The notes beneath the pieces were generated by a model, which was not told the origin of the DNA, made no database searches, and worked only from the letters and a program-made list of their open reading frames with translations. A stretch of 64,000 nt of DNA from assembly GCA_018263355.1 (NCBI GenBank), contig JAANXH010000051.1, positions 10,897 to 74,896 on the forward strand. The letters run 5' to 3'. Shown in pieces: positions 63,474 through 64,000 of the stretch (the stretch's first letter is position 1; every line of letters starts with the position of its first letter). Source of the stretch: Candidatus Woesearchaeota archaeon (GTDB lineage Archaea > Nanobdellota > Nanobdellia > Woesearchaeales > JAGVZT01). The position numbers and the translations under genes are program-made.

Positions 63474-64000
63474 AATGTGTTAAAGTCAAGAAAAAAAAAG
63501 CTCAAACAATGTTAAATATATTAAGGAAAAAAGATTTACTGAACAATAATTATAAAAATGAGTCTGATAAAAACTATGTGTATATTCCGGTTATAGAAGA
63601 TACTAAAAAAAAGTTTCCTGATCTTAATTTTATTGATAAAAACTTAGTTAAAGTTGAAACTAAGGATAACCTAAAACAAATGCTTGAAAATAAGTTATCC
63701 AAAAAAGAGCTAGATAAGCTAATTACTAGTTTTGATGTTATTGGAAATATTGCTATAATTCAGGTTCCAGATGAACTTATTAAAAAACAAAAAGTAATTG
63801 CACAATGTCTGCTTAAACTGAATAAAAATATTAAAACTGTTTTAAAAAGAGCAGGAATCCATAAGGGAGAGTTTAGAACACTTAATCTAGAACATATTGC
63901 AGGTATTGATACAAAACAGACTATTCATAAAGAAAATGGTGTGAAAATCAAGCTTGATGTTGAAAAAGTTTATTTTTCCCCTCGATCCTCTACTGAGCGA
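63470..64000 (+). CDS. trm5: tRNA (guanine37-N1)-methyltransferase Trm5/Taw2 family, 3' end outside window
   Basis: Manual translation from the ATG at 63470 (ATGA overlap with the fen stop): ...FDVIGNIAIIQVPDEL...KIKLDVEKVYFSPRSSTER. FDxIGxIAI and YFSPR..ER are Trm5-family signatures. Confidence 0.7.
   Translation, partial: MKCVKVKKKKAQTMLNILRKKDLLNNNYKNESDKNYVYIPVIEDTKKKFPDLNFIDKNLVKVETKDNLKQMLENKLSKKELDKLITSFDVIGNIAIIQVPDELIKKQKVIAQCLLKLNKNIKTVLKRAGIHKGEFRTLNLEHIAGIDTKQTIHKENGVKIKLDVEKVYFSPRSSTER

Noticed and set aside
1-64000. CRISPR arrays, IS elements or integrases
   Set aside because: No repeat-spacer arrays, terminal inverted repeats flanking transposase-like ORFs, or integrase/recombinase ORFs were seen anywhere in the window.

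Overview
This 64 kb window is AT-rich (about 30% GC by eye) and almost certainly archaeal, most likely from a small-genome DPANN-like lineage. It carries archaeal/eukaryal-type information-processing genes: aEF-1beta, RpoN and RpoD (Rpo3), L18e/L37e/L44e/S8e, FEN-1, RadA and RadB, RPA, DnaG, GINS, CDC48, MBF1, NAC, Sec61beta, an Sm protein, eukaryal-type TrpRS, archaeal LeuRS, EndA, and Trm1/Trm5. Shine-Dalgarno GGAGG motifs are common and many neighbouring genes overlap by ATGA or TAATG. The conserved S13-S4-S11-RpoD-[tRNA]-L18e-L13-S9-RpoN operon is present. Three tRNAs are detectable. Two are tRNA-Leu genes carrying introns at non-canonical positions (D-loop, T-loop) as well as the anticodon loop, and the splicing endonuclease gene endA lies in the same window. 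An RNase P RNA was found by eye from its CR-I motif and terminal P1 pairing. Accessory content includes an S-layer protein gene and a 1395-aa PQQ-propeller surface protein rich in N-glycosylation sequons. Next to that protein is a cluster of two processive GT2 and two GT-C glycosyltransferases. Three radical-SAM proteins are present: one SPASM/twitch-like with a small Cys/Thr-rich ORF upstream, and one with a non-canonical CX4CX2C motif. Most striking is a roughly 7.5 kb run of about ten genes (38.3-45.8 kb) whose products all begin with class III, type IV pilin-like signal peptides, with no assembly ATPase or platform gene in the window. Two ORF-free, GC-elevated, hairpin-rich regions (about 5.09-5.76 kb and 60.12-60.83 kb) look like uncharacterised structured RNAs. 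Three conserved genes shorter than 60 aa (L37e, a Zn-ribbon protein, Sec61beta) were missed by the ORF track and recovered by manual translation. Most ORF-track entries antisense to or nested inside long genes were judged spurious; those examined are recorded under noticed_but_rejected.
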